Shown here one piece after another: positions 8,703 through 16,991 of a DNA stretch of 33,799 nucleotides. Below the pieces are notes generated by a model, which made no database searches, was not told the DNA's origin, and saw only the letters and a program-made list of their open reading frames with translations. This DNA comes from Xanthobacteraceae bacterium. GTDB lineage: Bacteria; Pseudomonadota; Alphaproteobacteria; Rhizobiales; Xanthobacteraceae. The stretch is taken from positions 1 through 33,799 of the forward strand of contig DASWSO010000138.1 of assembly GCA_036402635.1 (NCBI GenBank), read 5' to 3'. The position numbers and the translations under genes were made by a program. Numbering within the stretch: position 1 is the stretch's first letter; each line of letters starts with the position of its first letter.

Positions 8703-9833
8703 CTACGCCGCGGCGGATTCCAGCACCGGGTAGTCGGTGTAGCCCTTCTCCTCGCCGGTGTAGAAGGTCGCGAAGTCCGGCGCGTTGAGCGGCGCACCGG
8801 CCCGGAAGCGATGCGGCAGGTCCGGATTGGCGAGGAACGGCACGCCGAACGCGACCAGGTCGGTCTCGCCGCGCCCGATCGCGGCACTCGCGGTGGCGGC
8901 GTCATAGCCGCCGTTGACCATCAACGTGCCGCCGAACACGCGACGCAGCACCGGCGCGATGCGCGCGGCTGCGGGCGTCGCCATCTGACCGGCGACCGGC
9001 TCCATCACGTGCAGGTAGCCGAGCTTGAGCGCGGCGAGTTCGCGGGCCAGATACGAGAAGGTCTCGACCGGGCTCGAGTCCGACATCGATTGCCCGGAGA
9101 AGTTCGGCGACACCCGGTAGCCGACGCGCCCCGGCCCCCAGACGTCCATCACCGCCTCGGTCACCTGCAGCGGCAGCCGCGTGCGGTTATGCAGGCTGCC
9201 GCCATAGGCGTCACCGCGCCGGTTGGAGCCGTCGCGCAGGAACTGGTCCAGCAGGTAGCCGTTGGCACCGTGGATTTCGACACCGTCGAAGCCGGCCGCA
9301 TTGGCGACCGAGGCGCCGTGGCGGAACTGCTCGACAATGCCGGGGATTTCGCTCGTTTCCAGCGCGCGCGGCGTCACCATCTTGGTCGGACCCTTGGAGG
9401 TGAACACGTCGCCTTCGGCCGCGATCGCCGAGGGTGCCACCGGCAGCGCGCCGCCGTGGAAGTCCGGATGCGAGACCCGGCCGACATGCCAGAGCTGGGC
9501 GAAGATCTTGCCGCCGGCGGCATGCACCGCCTCGGTGATGCGCTTCCAGCCGGCATACTGCTCACCGGTATGGATGCCGGGGGTGCGGATGTAGCCGATC
9601 CCCTGCGGGCTCACCTGCGTCGCCTCGGTGATGATCAGGCCGGCGGAGGCGCGCTGCGTGTAATACTCGACGGCGAGCGGGTTCGGGACATTGCCGTCGA
9701 GCGCGCGGCTGCGCGTCATCGGCGCCATCACGATGCGGTTCTTGAGTTCGAGGTCGCCGAGCCGGTACGGGACGAACAGATCCTGGTCCTCGACGCGGGT
9801 GGATTGGCGGGCGGCGGCTTGGGTGGTCGTCAT
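8703..9833 (-). CDS. Old Yellow Enzyme family NADH:flavin oxidoreductase / alkene reductase (NemA-like)
   Basis: The ATG at 9833 is preceded by AAGGAG. Motifs seen: LKNRIVMAPMTRSRA, FAQLWHVGRVSHP, GFDGVEIHGANGYLLDQFL, GADLVAFG-like ETDLVAFGVPFLANPDL. Confidence 0.9.
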   Translation of the reverse strand: MTTTQAAARQSTRVEDQDLFVPYRLGDLELKNRIVMAPMTRSRALDGNVPNPLAVEYYTQRASAGLIITEATQVSPQGIGYIRTPGIHTGEQYAGWKRITEAVHAAGGKIFAQLWHVGRVSHPDFHGGALPVAPSAIAAEGDVFTSKGPTKMVTPRALETSEIPGIVEQFRHGASVANAAGFDGVEIHGANGYLLDQFLRDGSNRRGDAYGGSLHNRTRLPLQVTEAVMDVWGPGRVGYRVSPNFSGQSMSDSSPVETFSYLARELAALKLGYLHVMEPVAGQMATPAAARIAPVLRRVFGGTLMVNGGYDAATASAAIGRGETDLVAFGVPFLANPDLPHRFRAGAPLNAPDFATFYTGEEKGYTDYPVLESAAA

Positions 9834-9889
9834 GGTCTGGCTCCTTTTAGGCTCAGGGTTCGCAGTGCGTGACAAACGGTGCGGCTTGT

Positions 9890-9934
9890 GGTACTGACCG
9901 GTAACACTACATGCTAGTTACTGACCGGTAACAC
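9890..9934. promoter_or_regulatory. Two copies of a 16-bp operator-like imperfect palindrome in the TetR/OYE divergent intergenic region
   Basis: TACTGACCGGTAACAC is identical at 9892-9907 and 9919-9934. The second copy reads GTTACTGACCGGTAAC (9917-9932), with arms GTTAC/GTAAC. Confidence 0.6.
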
Positions 9935-9954
9935 CCGTGTCAAGAGGTTTCGAG

Positions 9955-10554
9955 ATGGCCACCCAAATCGCTGCTCCGAGGGACGACCGCATGCCGCCGC
10001 GGCAGCGGCTGCTCGATGCGGCCGCCGACCTGTTTTACCGGCACGGCATCCGGGCGGTCGGGGTGGACGCGATCGCGGAAGCCGCCGGCACCAACAAGAT
10101 GACGCTCTACCGGCACTTCACCTCCAAGGACGAGCTGGTGGCGGAATATCTGCGCCAGGCCGCCAAGGCCGGCGAAGGCTGCTGGGCCCGGTTGGCCGAA
10201 ATGCACCCGGCCGACCCGCGCGCGCAGCTGCGGGCCTGGCTCGCCGACATGGCGGCGCACGCCGCCGCCGGCAACGAGCGCGGCTGCGCGCTCGCCAACG
10301 CCGCGGTCGAGCTGCCCGAGAAGGATCACCCGGCCCGGCGCGTGATCGAGGAATGCAAGGTCGCGCACCGCAACCGGCTGGCGGCGCTCTGTGCCGCGGC
10401 CGGGTTGCGCGAGCCGGAAGCGCTCGCCGACGAGCTCGGGCTCTTGATCGAGGGCGCCCGCATCACCGCGCAGAGCGTCGGCGCCGAGGGTTTGAGCGAG
10501 CGCGTGCGGCGCATGGGCGAGGCGGTGATCGCCGCCCATGCGGACGCGACGTAA
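9955..10554 (+). CDS. TetR/AcrR family transcriptional regulator
   Basis: The ATG at 9955 has AGAGG 7 nt upstream, and an alternative GTG lies at 9937. The HTH region is LLDAAADLFYRHGIRAVGVDAIAEAAGTNKMTLYRHFTSKDELV. Confidence 0.9.
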   Translation: MATQIAAPRDDRMPPRQRLLDAAADLFYRHGIRAVGVDAIAEAAGTNKMTLYRHFTSKDELVAEYLRQAAKAGEGCWARLAEMHPADPRAQLRAWLADMAAHAAAGNERGCALANAAVELPEKDHPARRVIEECKVAHRNRLAALCAAAGLREPEALADELGLLIEGARITAQSVGAEGLSERVRRMGEAVIAAHADAT

Positions 10555-10573
10555 CTTTCGGTCGGAGCGGCTT

Positions 10574-11563
10574 TCAGCGCCGCAGCCGTGACAGCCGATG
10601 CGCGGCGGCGGCGTTGACCGCATGCGGCGGGACGCGGCCGGCCGCCAGCGCCCGCACCTGCTCGACCGTGTCGAAGGCCTGGTGCTCGACCGCTTCCGGC
10701 GTGAGGCCGGCGATGTGCCGCGTCGCGATCACGTCGTCGCGCGCCGCCAGCGACGGTGACGGCTGCTGGTCCGCCGCGCGGCCGACATCCATGGCGGCGC
10801 CGGCGATGTGCCCGGCGTCGAGTGCGCGCGCGAGCGCGTTCTCGTCGACCAGATTGCCGCGCGACAGGTTGATGAAGAACGCCGTCGGCTGCATCCGCGC
10901 GAACGCCGCCGCATCCATCAGGTTCTCGGTCTCGGCATTCGCCACCACCAGGCAGACGACGTGGTCGGAGCGCGCCAGCAGCTCGGCCAGCTCGACCTGC
11001 GTCACGCCCGGCTCGGCGATGCGCCGGAACGGATCGCTCGCCAGCACCTGCATGCCGAGCGCGACGCACAGCCGCGCCAGATACTCGCCGATCACCCCAT
11101 AGCCCATGATGCCGACGGTGGCGCCTTTGAGCTGCCGCCCGATATGCGGTTGCGGCAGCCGGCCGGCGCGATAGTCGATCACCGAGGCGGTGATCCGCCG
11201 CGACAGGTCCACCATGTAGCCGATGGCCATCTCGGCGACCGAGGCGGCGAAGCCCGGCGTCGCCTGCGTCACCAGCACGCCGGCGGCACTCGCCGCCGCC
11301 AGGTCGATGTTGCGGATGTCGACCGCGCAGCGCAGGAACGCCACCACGTCGGGCGCCTGCGCGAAGAACTCCGCCGGTCCCGGCGTCTGCCGGTCGGAGA
11401 CGACGATCTCGCAGCCGCGCGCGGCCGCGGCGAGCGCATCCGCATCCAGAACCGCCTCGCCGTGATTGAGCCGCACCTCGCCGAGCTCCCGCAAAGCGGC
11501 GACGGCGCGCTCGCCATAATAGTTGCGCAGCATGTCGGGCGTGTGGGTCAGCAGGATGCGCAT
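10574..11563 (-). CDS. D-isomer-specific 2-hydroxyacid dehydrogenase family protein (NAD-binding)
   Basis: The internal ATG at 11563 of track ORF 10574..12739 is preceded by GGAGAAAG. Motifs seen: NAD-binding GIMGYGVIGEYLA, RGNLVDENAL, AAMDV, and the catalytic His context ATRHIAG. Length is 329 aa. Confidence 0.85.
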   Translation of the reverse strand: MRILLTHTPDMLRNYYGERAVAALRELGEVRLNHGEAVLDADALAAAARGCEIVVSDRQTPGPAEFFAQAPDVVAFLRCAVDIRNIDLAAASAAGVLVTQATPGFAASVAEMAIGYMVDLSRRITASVIDYRAGRLPQPHIGRQLKGATVGIMGYGVIGEYLARLCVALGMQVLASDPFRRIAEPGVTQVELAELLARSDHVVCLVVANAETENLMDAAAFARMQPTAFFINLSRGNLVDENALARALDAGHIAGAAMDVGRAADQQPSPSLAARDDVIATRHIAGLTPEAVEHQAFDTVEQVRALAAGRVPPHAVNAAAAHRLSRLRR

Positions 11564-11626
11564 GGGCCTGTTCTTTCTCCGCCGGTCGGCTAGGCTCTGG
11601 CCATAACAAGGCGAGAGAGGAAACGC

Positions 11627-12694
11627 ATGAACGGCACAATGCTGTCCCGTCGCGGCGTGCTCAAGGGCTCCGCGGCGCTCGCCGCCGGCACGCTGTTCGC
11701 CGCGCCGCTGCGCGCGGCGGCGCCGGAACCGAGCGCGATAACGCCGGCGCTGATCGAGGCGGCGCGCAAGGAAGGCAAGGTCTCGTTCTACACCGCCACC
11801 GAGCTGCAGATCGCGGAGAAATTCGCCAAGGCGTTCGAGGCGAAATATCCCGGCATCCAGGTGCGCATCGAACGCTCCGGCGCCGAGCGGGTATTTCAGC
11901 GCGTCGGGCAGGAGATGGACAGCCGCATCCACAACGTCGACGTGGTCTGCAGCACCGATCCGGCGCACTTCCTGGTCTGGCGCAAGAACAACTGGATCGA
12001 GCCGTATCTGCCGGAGGACGTCGCCAAGCATTTTCCAGCCGACCAGAAGGACGCCGACGGGATGTGGGCGACGGTGTGCGCCTGGCTCAGCGTGATCGGC
12101 TACAACAGCAAGCTGGTGAAGCCCGAGGACGCGCCCAAAAGCTACGCCGACCTGCTCGACCCGAAATGGAAGGGCAAGATCGTCAAGGCGCATCCCAGCT
12201 ACAGCGGCGCCATCCTCACCACCACGTTTGCGCTCAACAAGGCGCTCGGCTGGGAGTTCTTCGAGAAGCTGGCGCAGCAGCGCATCATGCAGGTGCAGTC
12301 GGCCGCCGATCCGCCCAAGAAGCTCTCGCTCGGCGAGCGCGCCGTGCAGGCCGACGGCAACGACTACAGCGTGATCCTGTTGAAGGAGGCCGGCCATCCG
12401 GTGGAGGTGGTTTACGCCACCGAGGGCTCGCCGCTGATCATCGTGCCGCAGGGCATCTTCCGCAGCGCGCCCAACCCGAACGCGGCGCGGCTCCTGCAGA
12501 GCTTCTTCTTCAGCGCCGAGGCGCAGGAGATGCTGCCGCACACCTACGCGCAGCGCTCGTTCCATGCGCTGGTCAAGGAGAAGCCCGGCCACACGCCGCT
12601 CGACACGATCAAAGTGCTGAAGAGCGATCCGGCCGCCGTCGAGGCGCAGACCGAGGAGCTCAAGCAGCGCTACAGCAAGACGTTCGGGGTTTGA
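11627..12694 (+). CDS. ABC-type extracellular solute-binding protein (family 1, Fe(III)/AfuA-like fold) with Tat signal
   Basis: 355-aa ORF. The twin-arginine leader is MLSRRGVLKGSAALAAGTLFAAPLRAAA. The mature protein begins with the typical KEGKVSFYTA... pattern. No cognate permease or ATPase genes are adjacent. Confidence 0.8.
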   Translation: MNGTMLSRRGVLKGSAALAAGTLFAAPLRAAAPEPSAITPALIEAARKEGKVSFYTATELQIAEKFAKAFEAKYPGIQVRIERSGAERVFQRVGQEMDSRIHNVDVVCSTDPAHFLVWRKNNWIEPYLPEDVAKHFPADQKDADGMWATVCAWLSVIGYNSKLVKPEDAPKSYADLLDPKWKGKIVKAHPSYSGAILTTTFALNKALGWEFFEKLAQQRIMQVQSAADPPKKLSLGERAVQADGNDYSVILLKEAGHPVEVVYATEGSPLIIVPQGIFRSAPNPNAARLLQSFFFSAEAQEMLPHTYAQRSFHALVKEKPGHTPLDTIKVLKSDPAAVEAQTEELKQRYSKTFGV

Positions 12695-12706
12695 TGTGCC
12701 CCAGCC

Positions 12707-12782
12707 CCTCACCCTGAGGAGCTGCCCGTATCCAGACATGCTCCCTTGAGACGCGCTGCGGCGCAGCGCCCTCGGGATGAGG
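12707..12782. repeat. REP-like intergenic element (CCTCACCCTGAGGAGC...CCCTCGGGATGAGG)
   Basis: The left arm is at 12707-12722 and the right arm at 12769-12782. An internal perfect hairpin GCGCTGC-GGC-GCAGCGC lies at 12753-12769. The element belongs to the same family as 7830-7917, in the opposite orientation. Confidence 0.7.
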
Positions 12783-12792
12783 AGTGGGAGCC

Positions 12793-14151
12793 ATGAACGA
12801 GGTCGTCAGGATCGGCTGCGCGGCAGGCTTCGCGGGCGACCGCGGCGACGCCTCGCTGCCGATTCTGGCCGAGCTGGCGCGGCACTCGGGTCCGCGCTTC
12901 CTGATGTTCGAGACGCTGGCCGAGCGCACGCTGGCGCTCTGCCAGCTGGAGAAGCGGCGCGACCGGTCGCGCGGCTACAGCCCGGCACTGGAGCGCATGC
13001 TGCCGAACGCGCTCGGCCCGGCGCTGCGCGCAGGGGTGCGCATCGTCGGCAATTTCGGCGGCGCCAATCCGGGCGCGGCCGCGCTGCGGATCGCCGAATG
13101 GGCGCGCGAGGCGGGCTTCCCGCAGGCGCGCATCGCGGTGGTGGAAGGCGACGACCTCAGCGAGAGCTTCACCGCCGCCGAGCTGCAGGCGCGCGAGACC
13201 GCCGGCCGCGTGCTCGACGGCGATCCGCAGGTGGTCGCCGCCAATGTCTATCTCGGTGCCGAGGGAATCGCGCAGGCGTTCGACGCCGGTGCCGACGTGG
13301 TGGTGACCGGCCGCGTCGCCGATCCGTCGCTCGCGCTCGGGCCGCTGGTGCATGCGCACGGCTGGGACTGGACCGATTGGCGGCGGCTCGCCGCCGGCAC
13401 GCTCGCCGGCCACCTGCTGGAATGCGGCGCGCAGGTCACCGGCGGCTATTTCGCCGATCCGGGCGTCAAGGACGTGCCGGACTTCGACGAGGTCGGCTAT
13501 CCGATCGCCGAGATCGCCGCCTCCGGCGAGATGGTGGTGACCAAGCCGGCCGGCACCGGCGGCCTGGTCGACCGCCGCACCGTCACCGAGCAGATCCTCT
13601 ACGAGGTGCATGACCCCGCCGCCTATCTCACCCCCGACGTCGTGCTCGACGTCACAGACGTGGAATTGGCGGAGGACGGCGGCGACCGCATGCGCGTCAC
13701 CCGCGCCGCCGGCAAGCCGCGCCCGGACACGCTCAAGGCGACCGTGTTCATCGAGAGCGGATTTCTTGGCGAAGCGGAGATCTCCTATGCCGGGCCGAAC
13801 GCCCGCGCCCGGGCGCGGCTCGCCGCCGACGCCGTGACCAAGCGGCTGCGGCGGCGCGCGCCGGAGCTCGCCATGCGGGTCGACGCCATCGGGGTCGACA
13901 GCATTTTCGGCAACCTGCCGCAGCCCGGCGATGCCGCGCCCGCCGAGGTGCGGCTGCGCTTCGCCGCGCAGGACGCCGACCGCGCCCGCATCGCGCTGAT
14001 GCTCGACGAGGTCGAGTCGCTCTACTGCGCCGGCCCGGCCGGCGGCGCCGGCGTGCGCCGCTATCTGACGCCGCGGCTCGCCAGCGCGTCCTGCCTGATC
14101 GAGCGCGAGCGCGTCACGCCTCGCGTATGGTTCGTGGGAGACCGCGCATGA
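12793..14151 (+). CDS. AtuA-like (acyclic terpene utilisation, DUF1446) family protein
   Basis: The ATG at 12793 has GAGGAG upstream. The N terminus VRIGCAAGFAGDR and the GRVADPSL and LLECGAQVTGGYFADP motifs are typical of DUF1446. Confidence 0.8.
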   Translation: MNEVVRIGCAAGFAGDRGDASLPILAELARHSGPRFLMFETLAERTLALCQLEKRRDRSRGYSPALERMLPNALGPALRAGVRIVGNFGGANPGAAALRIAEWAREAGFPQARIAVVEGDDLSESFTAAELQARETAGRVLDGDPQVVAANVYLGAEGIAQAFDAGADVVVTGRVADPSLALGPLVHAHGWDWTDWRRLAAGTLAGHLLECGAQVTGGYFADPGVKDVPDFDEVGYPIAEIAASGEMVVTKPAGTGGLVDRRTVTEQILYEVHDPAAYLTPDVVLDVTDVELAEDGGDRMRVTRAAGKPRPDTLKATVFIESGFLGEAEISYAGPNARARARLAADAVTKRLRRRAPELAMRVDAIGVDSIFGNLPQPGDAAPAEVRLRFAAQDADRARIALMLDEVESLYCAGPAGGAGVRRYLTPRLASASCLIERERVTPRVWFVGDRA

Positions 14152-14540
14152 ACCGCAGCGTCGAGGTCCCGCTCTACCGGCTCGCGCACGCCCGCACCGG
14201 CGACAAGGGCAACCGGCTCAATGTCGCGGTGGTGTGCCGCGATCCGGCATTCTATCCGACGCTGGCCGAACAGCTCACCGCCGAGCGCGTCGCGCAGCAC
14301 TTCGCGGCGCGCAAGCCGAGCAAGGTGGTGCGTTACGAGCTGCCGAAGCTCTCCGCCTTCAACTTCGTGCTCGACGACGTGCTGGAAGGCGGCGTCAACG
14401 CGAGCCTCGGCCACGACGGCCACGGCAAGTCGCTGTCGTTCTACCTGCTCACCGCCACGCTGAACGTCGACGCGGCGCTGCTCGCCAGCACCCGCGATTT
14501 GCCGGCCGACATGCTGGCCCAGTTCCAACACGCCCAATGA
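14148..14540 (+). CDS. DUF4387 (AtuA-associated small subunit-like) protein
   Basis: The ATG at 14148 overlaps the upstream stop (ATGA). The motif LAHARTGDKGNRLNVAVV matches the DUF4387 signature as I recall it. Length is 130 aa. Confidence 0.75.
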   Translation: MNRSVEVPLYRLAHARTGDKGNRLNVAVVCRDPAFYPTLAEQLTAERVAQHFAARKPSKVVRYELPKLSAFNFVLDDVLEGGVNASLGHDGHGKSLSFYLLTATLNVDAALLASTRDLPADMLAQFQHAQ

Positions 14541-14548
14541 GGTGTCCC

Positions 14549-15514
14549 ATGCTGCGATCCGTCGTGACTGCCGCCTGCCTCGCCGGCACCTTCGCGCTGG
14601 CGCAGCCCGCGGCCGCGCAGGACTATCCGTCGCGCCCGATCCGCTTCGTGGTGCCGTTCACCGCCGGCAGCGCCACCGACACGCTGGCGCGCGTGCTCGG
14701 GCAGAAGCTCAACGCCGCCAACGGCTGGACCGTGGTGGTCGAGAACGTCGCCGGCGCCAGCGGCATGATGGCGGCGCAGACCGTGGCGCGCGCCGCGCCC
14801 GACGGGCTGAGCGTGCTGGTCACCAGCAACACCACCCACGCCTCCAACCAGAACCTGTTCAAGAAGCTCTCCTACGATCCGGTGAAGGATTTCGAGCCGA
14901 TCGGCAGGCTAGGCAACATCACGCTGGCGCTCGCCGTGCATCCGTCCGTGCCGGTCAACAGCGTTCAGGAGCTGATCGCCTACGGCAAGGCCAACCCCGG
15001 CAAGCTCACCTTCGGCAGCGGCTCGACCTCGGCGCGGGTCGCCGGCGAGATGCTGAAGACCCTCGGCGGCTTCGACATGCTGCACGTGCCGTACAAGAGC
15101 AATCCGCTCGCCATCACCGACCTTTTGGGCGGGCAGATCTCGCTGGTTTTCGCCGACGTCTCCACCACCATGCCGCAGATCCGCGCCGGCAAGGTGAAGG
15201 GCTTCGGCGTCTCCAGCGCGCAGCGCTCGCCGCTGGCGCCGGAGCTGCCGACCATGGCGGAGGAAGGCGTCAAGGGTTACGAGCTGACCGCGTGGTTCGC
15301 CGCCTTCGTGCCGGCCAAAACGCCGAAGCCGATTGTCGACAAGCTCAACGCCGCGCTGAATGCCGCGATGGCCGACAAGACGGTCGCGGACGCGCTGCTC
15401 GCCGCCGGCATCGAGCCGCTCACCAGCACGCCGGACGAGCTGCGCAGCTTCGTCGACACCGAAACCAAGAAGTGGGGCGAGATCGTCAAAGCCGCCGGCA
15501 TCCAGCCGGAGTGA
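14549..15514 (+). CDS. Bug family tripartite tricarboxylate transporter substrate-binding protein (TctC-like)
   Basis: The ATG at 14549 has GAGG upstream. A signal peptide ends in AQPAAAQD. Motifs seen: YPSRPIRFVVPFTAGSATD, VENVAGASG, LHVPYKS. Confidence 0.88.
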   Translation: MLRSVVTAACLAGTFALAQPAAAQDYPSRPIRFVVPFTAGSATDTLARVLGQKLNAANGWTVVVENVAGASGMMAAQTVARAAPDGLSVLVTSNTTHASNQNLFKKLSYDPVKDFEPIGRLGNITLALAVHPSVPVNSVQELIAYGKANPGKLTFGSGSTSARVAGEMLKTLGGFDMLHVPYKSNPLAITDLLGGQISLVFADVSTTMPQIRAGKVKGFGVSSAQRSPLAPELPTMAEEGVKGYELTAWFAAFVPAKTPKPIVDKLNAALNAAMADKTVADALLAAGIEPLTSTPDELRSFVDTETKKWGEIVKAAGIQPE

Positions 15515-15563
15515 GAGCCGGTCAGACACGAGGTGCGACCCCGACCAACGCGTACAAGGCGGA

Positions 15564-16991
15564 CTAAGGGGCGGTCCGGTCGGATATCGGCGTGTTCTTC
15601 CGGTTGTTCCGATCGTTGTCCGGGCGCGCCGGCGTGGCGCCGAACTGCGCCTCGATCGCGGCCAGCGTCGCCGCCGCGACCTCGGCCCAGCTGCGCGGGC
15701 GGAACGCGGCCATCAGCCGAGCCTGCAAGGCGGCGAACTCCGCCGGGTCCGAGAGCAGCCGGTGCAGCACGCCGCGCATCTCGGCCGCATCCTGCGGATC
15801 GAAATAAACCGCAAGCGGGCCAACCACTTCCGGGATCGAGGTGGCGCTTGAGGCGGCCGTGAGCTTGCCGAAGCAGGCGGCCTCGCCGACCGGCAGGCCC
15901 CAGCCCTCGTGCAGCGACGGATAGACCGCGAAACGGCAGGCACCGTAAAGCCGCGCCAGCTCGCTGTCGTTGGGGCTCTCGGCGAACCGCACCAGCCGGG
16001 GCGCGGCCGCGGCCGCCGCCTCGATTTCGGCCACCACGGCGCGGGAATTGGCGCGCCCCGCCAGCACCAGCGTCGGCATGCCCGGGCCAAGCGACTGCGC
16101 CAGCGCGGTCCAGGTTTTCACCAGCGCCGTCAAGTTCTTGCGCGGCTCGATGCGGCCGACGCAGAGCACGAAATCGGTTGCGCACAGCGCCTCGATGTGC
16201 GGCCGGACCGGCTCGGCCGCGCGTTGCGGGAGCTCATGCGCGAGCGGCACCACCCGCGACGGAATGGCGGCTCCCCGGCCCTCTAGCAGGCGGCGCAAGG
16301 CGCTGTCCGTATAGGCGGAATCGCAGATGAACAGGTCGGTATGCGGCAGCAGGCCGTCGAGCCAAGCGCGATAAACGGTCGTGTATTCCGCCGGGAAGTA
16401 TTCCGGCGCCGTCAGCGGCCCGAGGTCGTGCACGACCACGGCGACGTGCGCGCCCTGCCGGCGCGCCTCGCCGGCAAGCAACGCGTTGTACTCGGGATAC
16501 CAGACGTTCAGCCCCGGCATCAGCAGCACGTCGCCGGCCGCGAACCGCGCGCCGCCGGTATCCGGCAGGAACCGCAACGCCGCCGCGGGTGTGGAGAGCC
16601 GCCGCGCGGTGCGGCGCAGCCAGTGCTTGGCGAACTCGAACGCCTGCCGCACCGGCCGGCCGGCATGGCGGCTGCGGATCGCCTGCGGCGACCGCACCGG
16701 GCGGCGCCCGTCGATGCCGAGCTGCGCCTTGAATGCCGTTACTCCCTGCAGCGTCGCTGCCGGCAGCGCCGCCAATGGGAGCTCGAATGGCCGACCGTAG
16801 ATCGGATGGAAGCCGACCAGGCGACAGCTGTCGCCGGCGCGGCCGTGCAGGCTGCGGATCAGGCTCATCACCACGTTCTGCACGCCGTGCAGGATGTCGT
16901 TGTCGACCAGGTATTCGAGCAGGTCGGTGACATCGACCGACAACGCGGCGCCGCGGCGCTCCGACCCGGCCGATGCGGCCGCCTGGCTCAT
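15564..16991 (-). CDS. Glycosyltransferase family 4 (GT-B, group 1) protein
   Basis: The ATG at 16991 overlaps the stop of the upstream CrtI-like gene (ATGA). Motifs seen: VGRIEPRKN, LVLAGR, and the E-x7-E motif HEGWGLPVGEA. Length is 475 aa, whereas the track ORF runs on to 17366. Confidence 0.82.
   Translation of the reverse strand: MSQAAASAGSERRGAALSVDVTDLLEYLVDNDILHGVQNVVMSLIRSLHGRAGDSCRLVGFHPIYGRPFELPLAALPAATLQGVTAFKAQLGIDGRRPVRSPQAIRSRHAGRPVRQAFEFAKHWLRRTARRLSTPAAALRFLPDTGGARFAAGDVLLMPGLNVWYPEYNALLAGEARRQGAHVAVVVHDLGPLTAPEYFPAEYTTVYRAWLDGLLPHTDLFICDSAYTDSALRRLLEGRGAAIPSRVVPLAHELPQRAAEPVRPHIEALCATDFVLCVGRIEPRKNLTALVKTWTALAQSLGPGMPTLVLAGRANSRAVVAEIEAAAAAAPRLVRFAESPNDSELARLYGACRFAVYPSLHEGWGLPVGEAACFGKLTAASSATSIPEVVGPLAVYFDPQDAAEMRGVLHRLLSDPAEFAALQARLMAAFRPRSWAEVAAATLAAIEAQFGATPARPDNDRNNRKNTPISDRTAP

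Noticed and set aside
10574-12739. 721-aa ORF-track entry, together with the over-long entries 2593-3600, 7940-8905, 14234-15514, 15564-17366, 21912-22748, 22669-24762 and 28551-30050.
   Set aside because: Only the C-terminal portions have family motifs, and each has an internal start with an SD or a stop-start overlap. The N-terminal extensions run antisense to, or across, neighbouring genes. I therefore trimmed the starts to 11563, 3112, 8611, 14549, 16991, 22044, 23698 and 28887.
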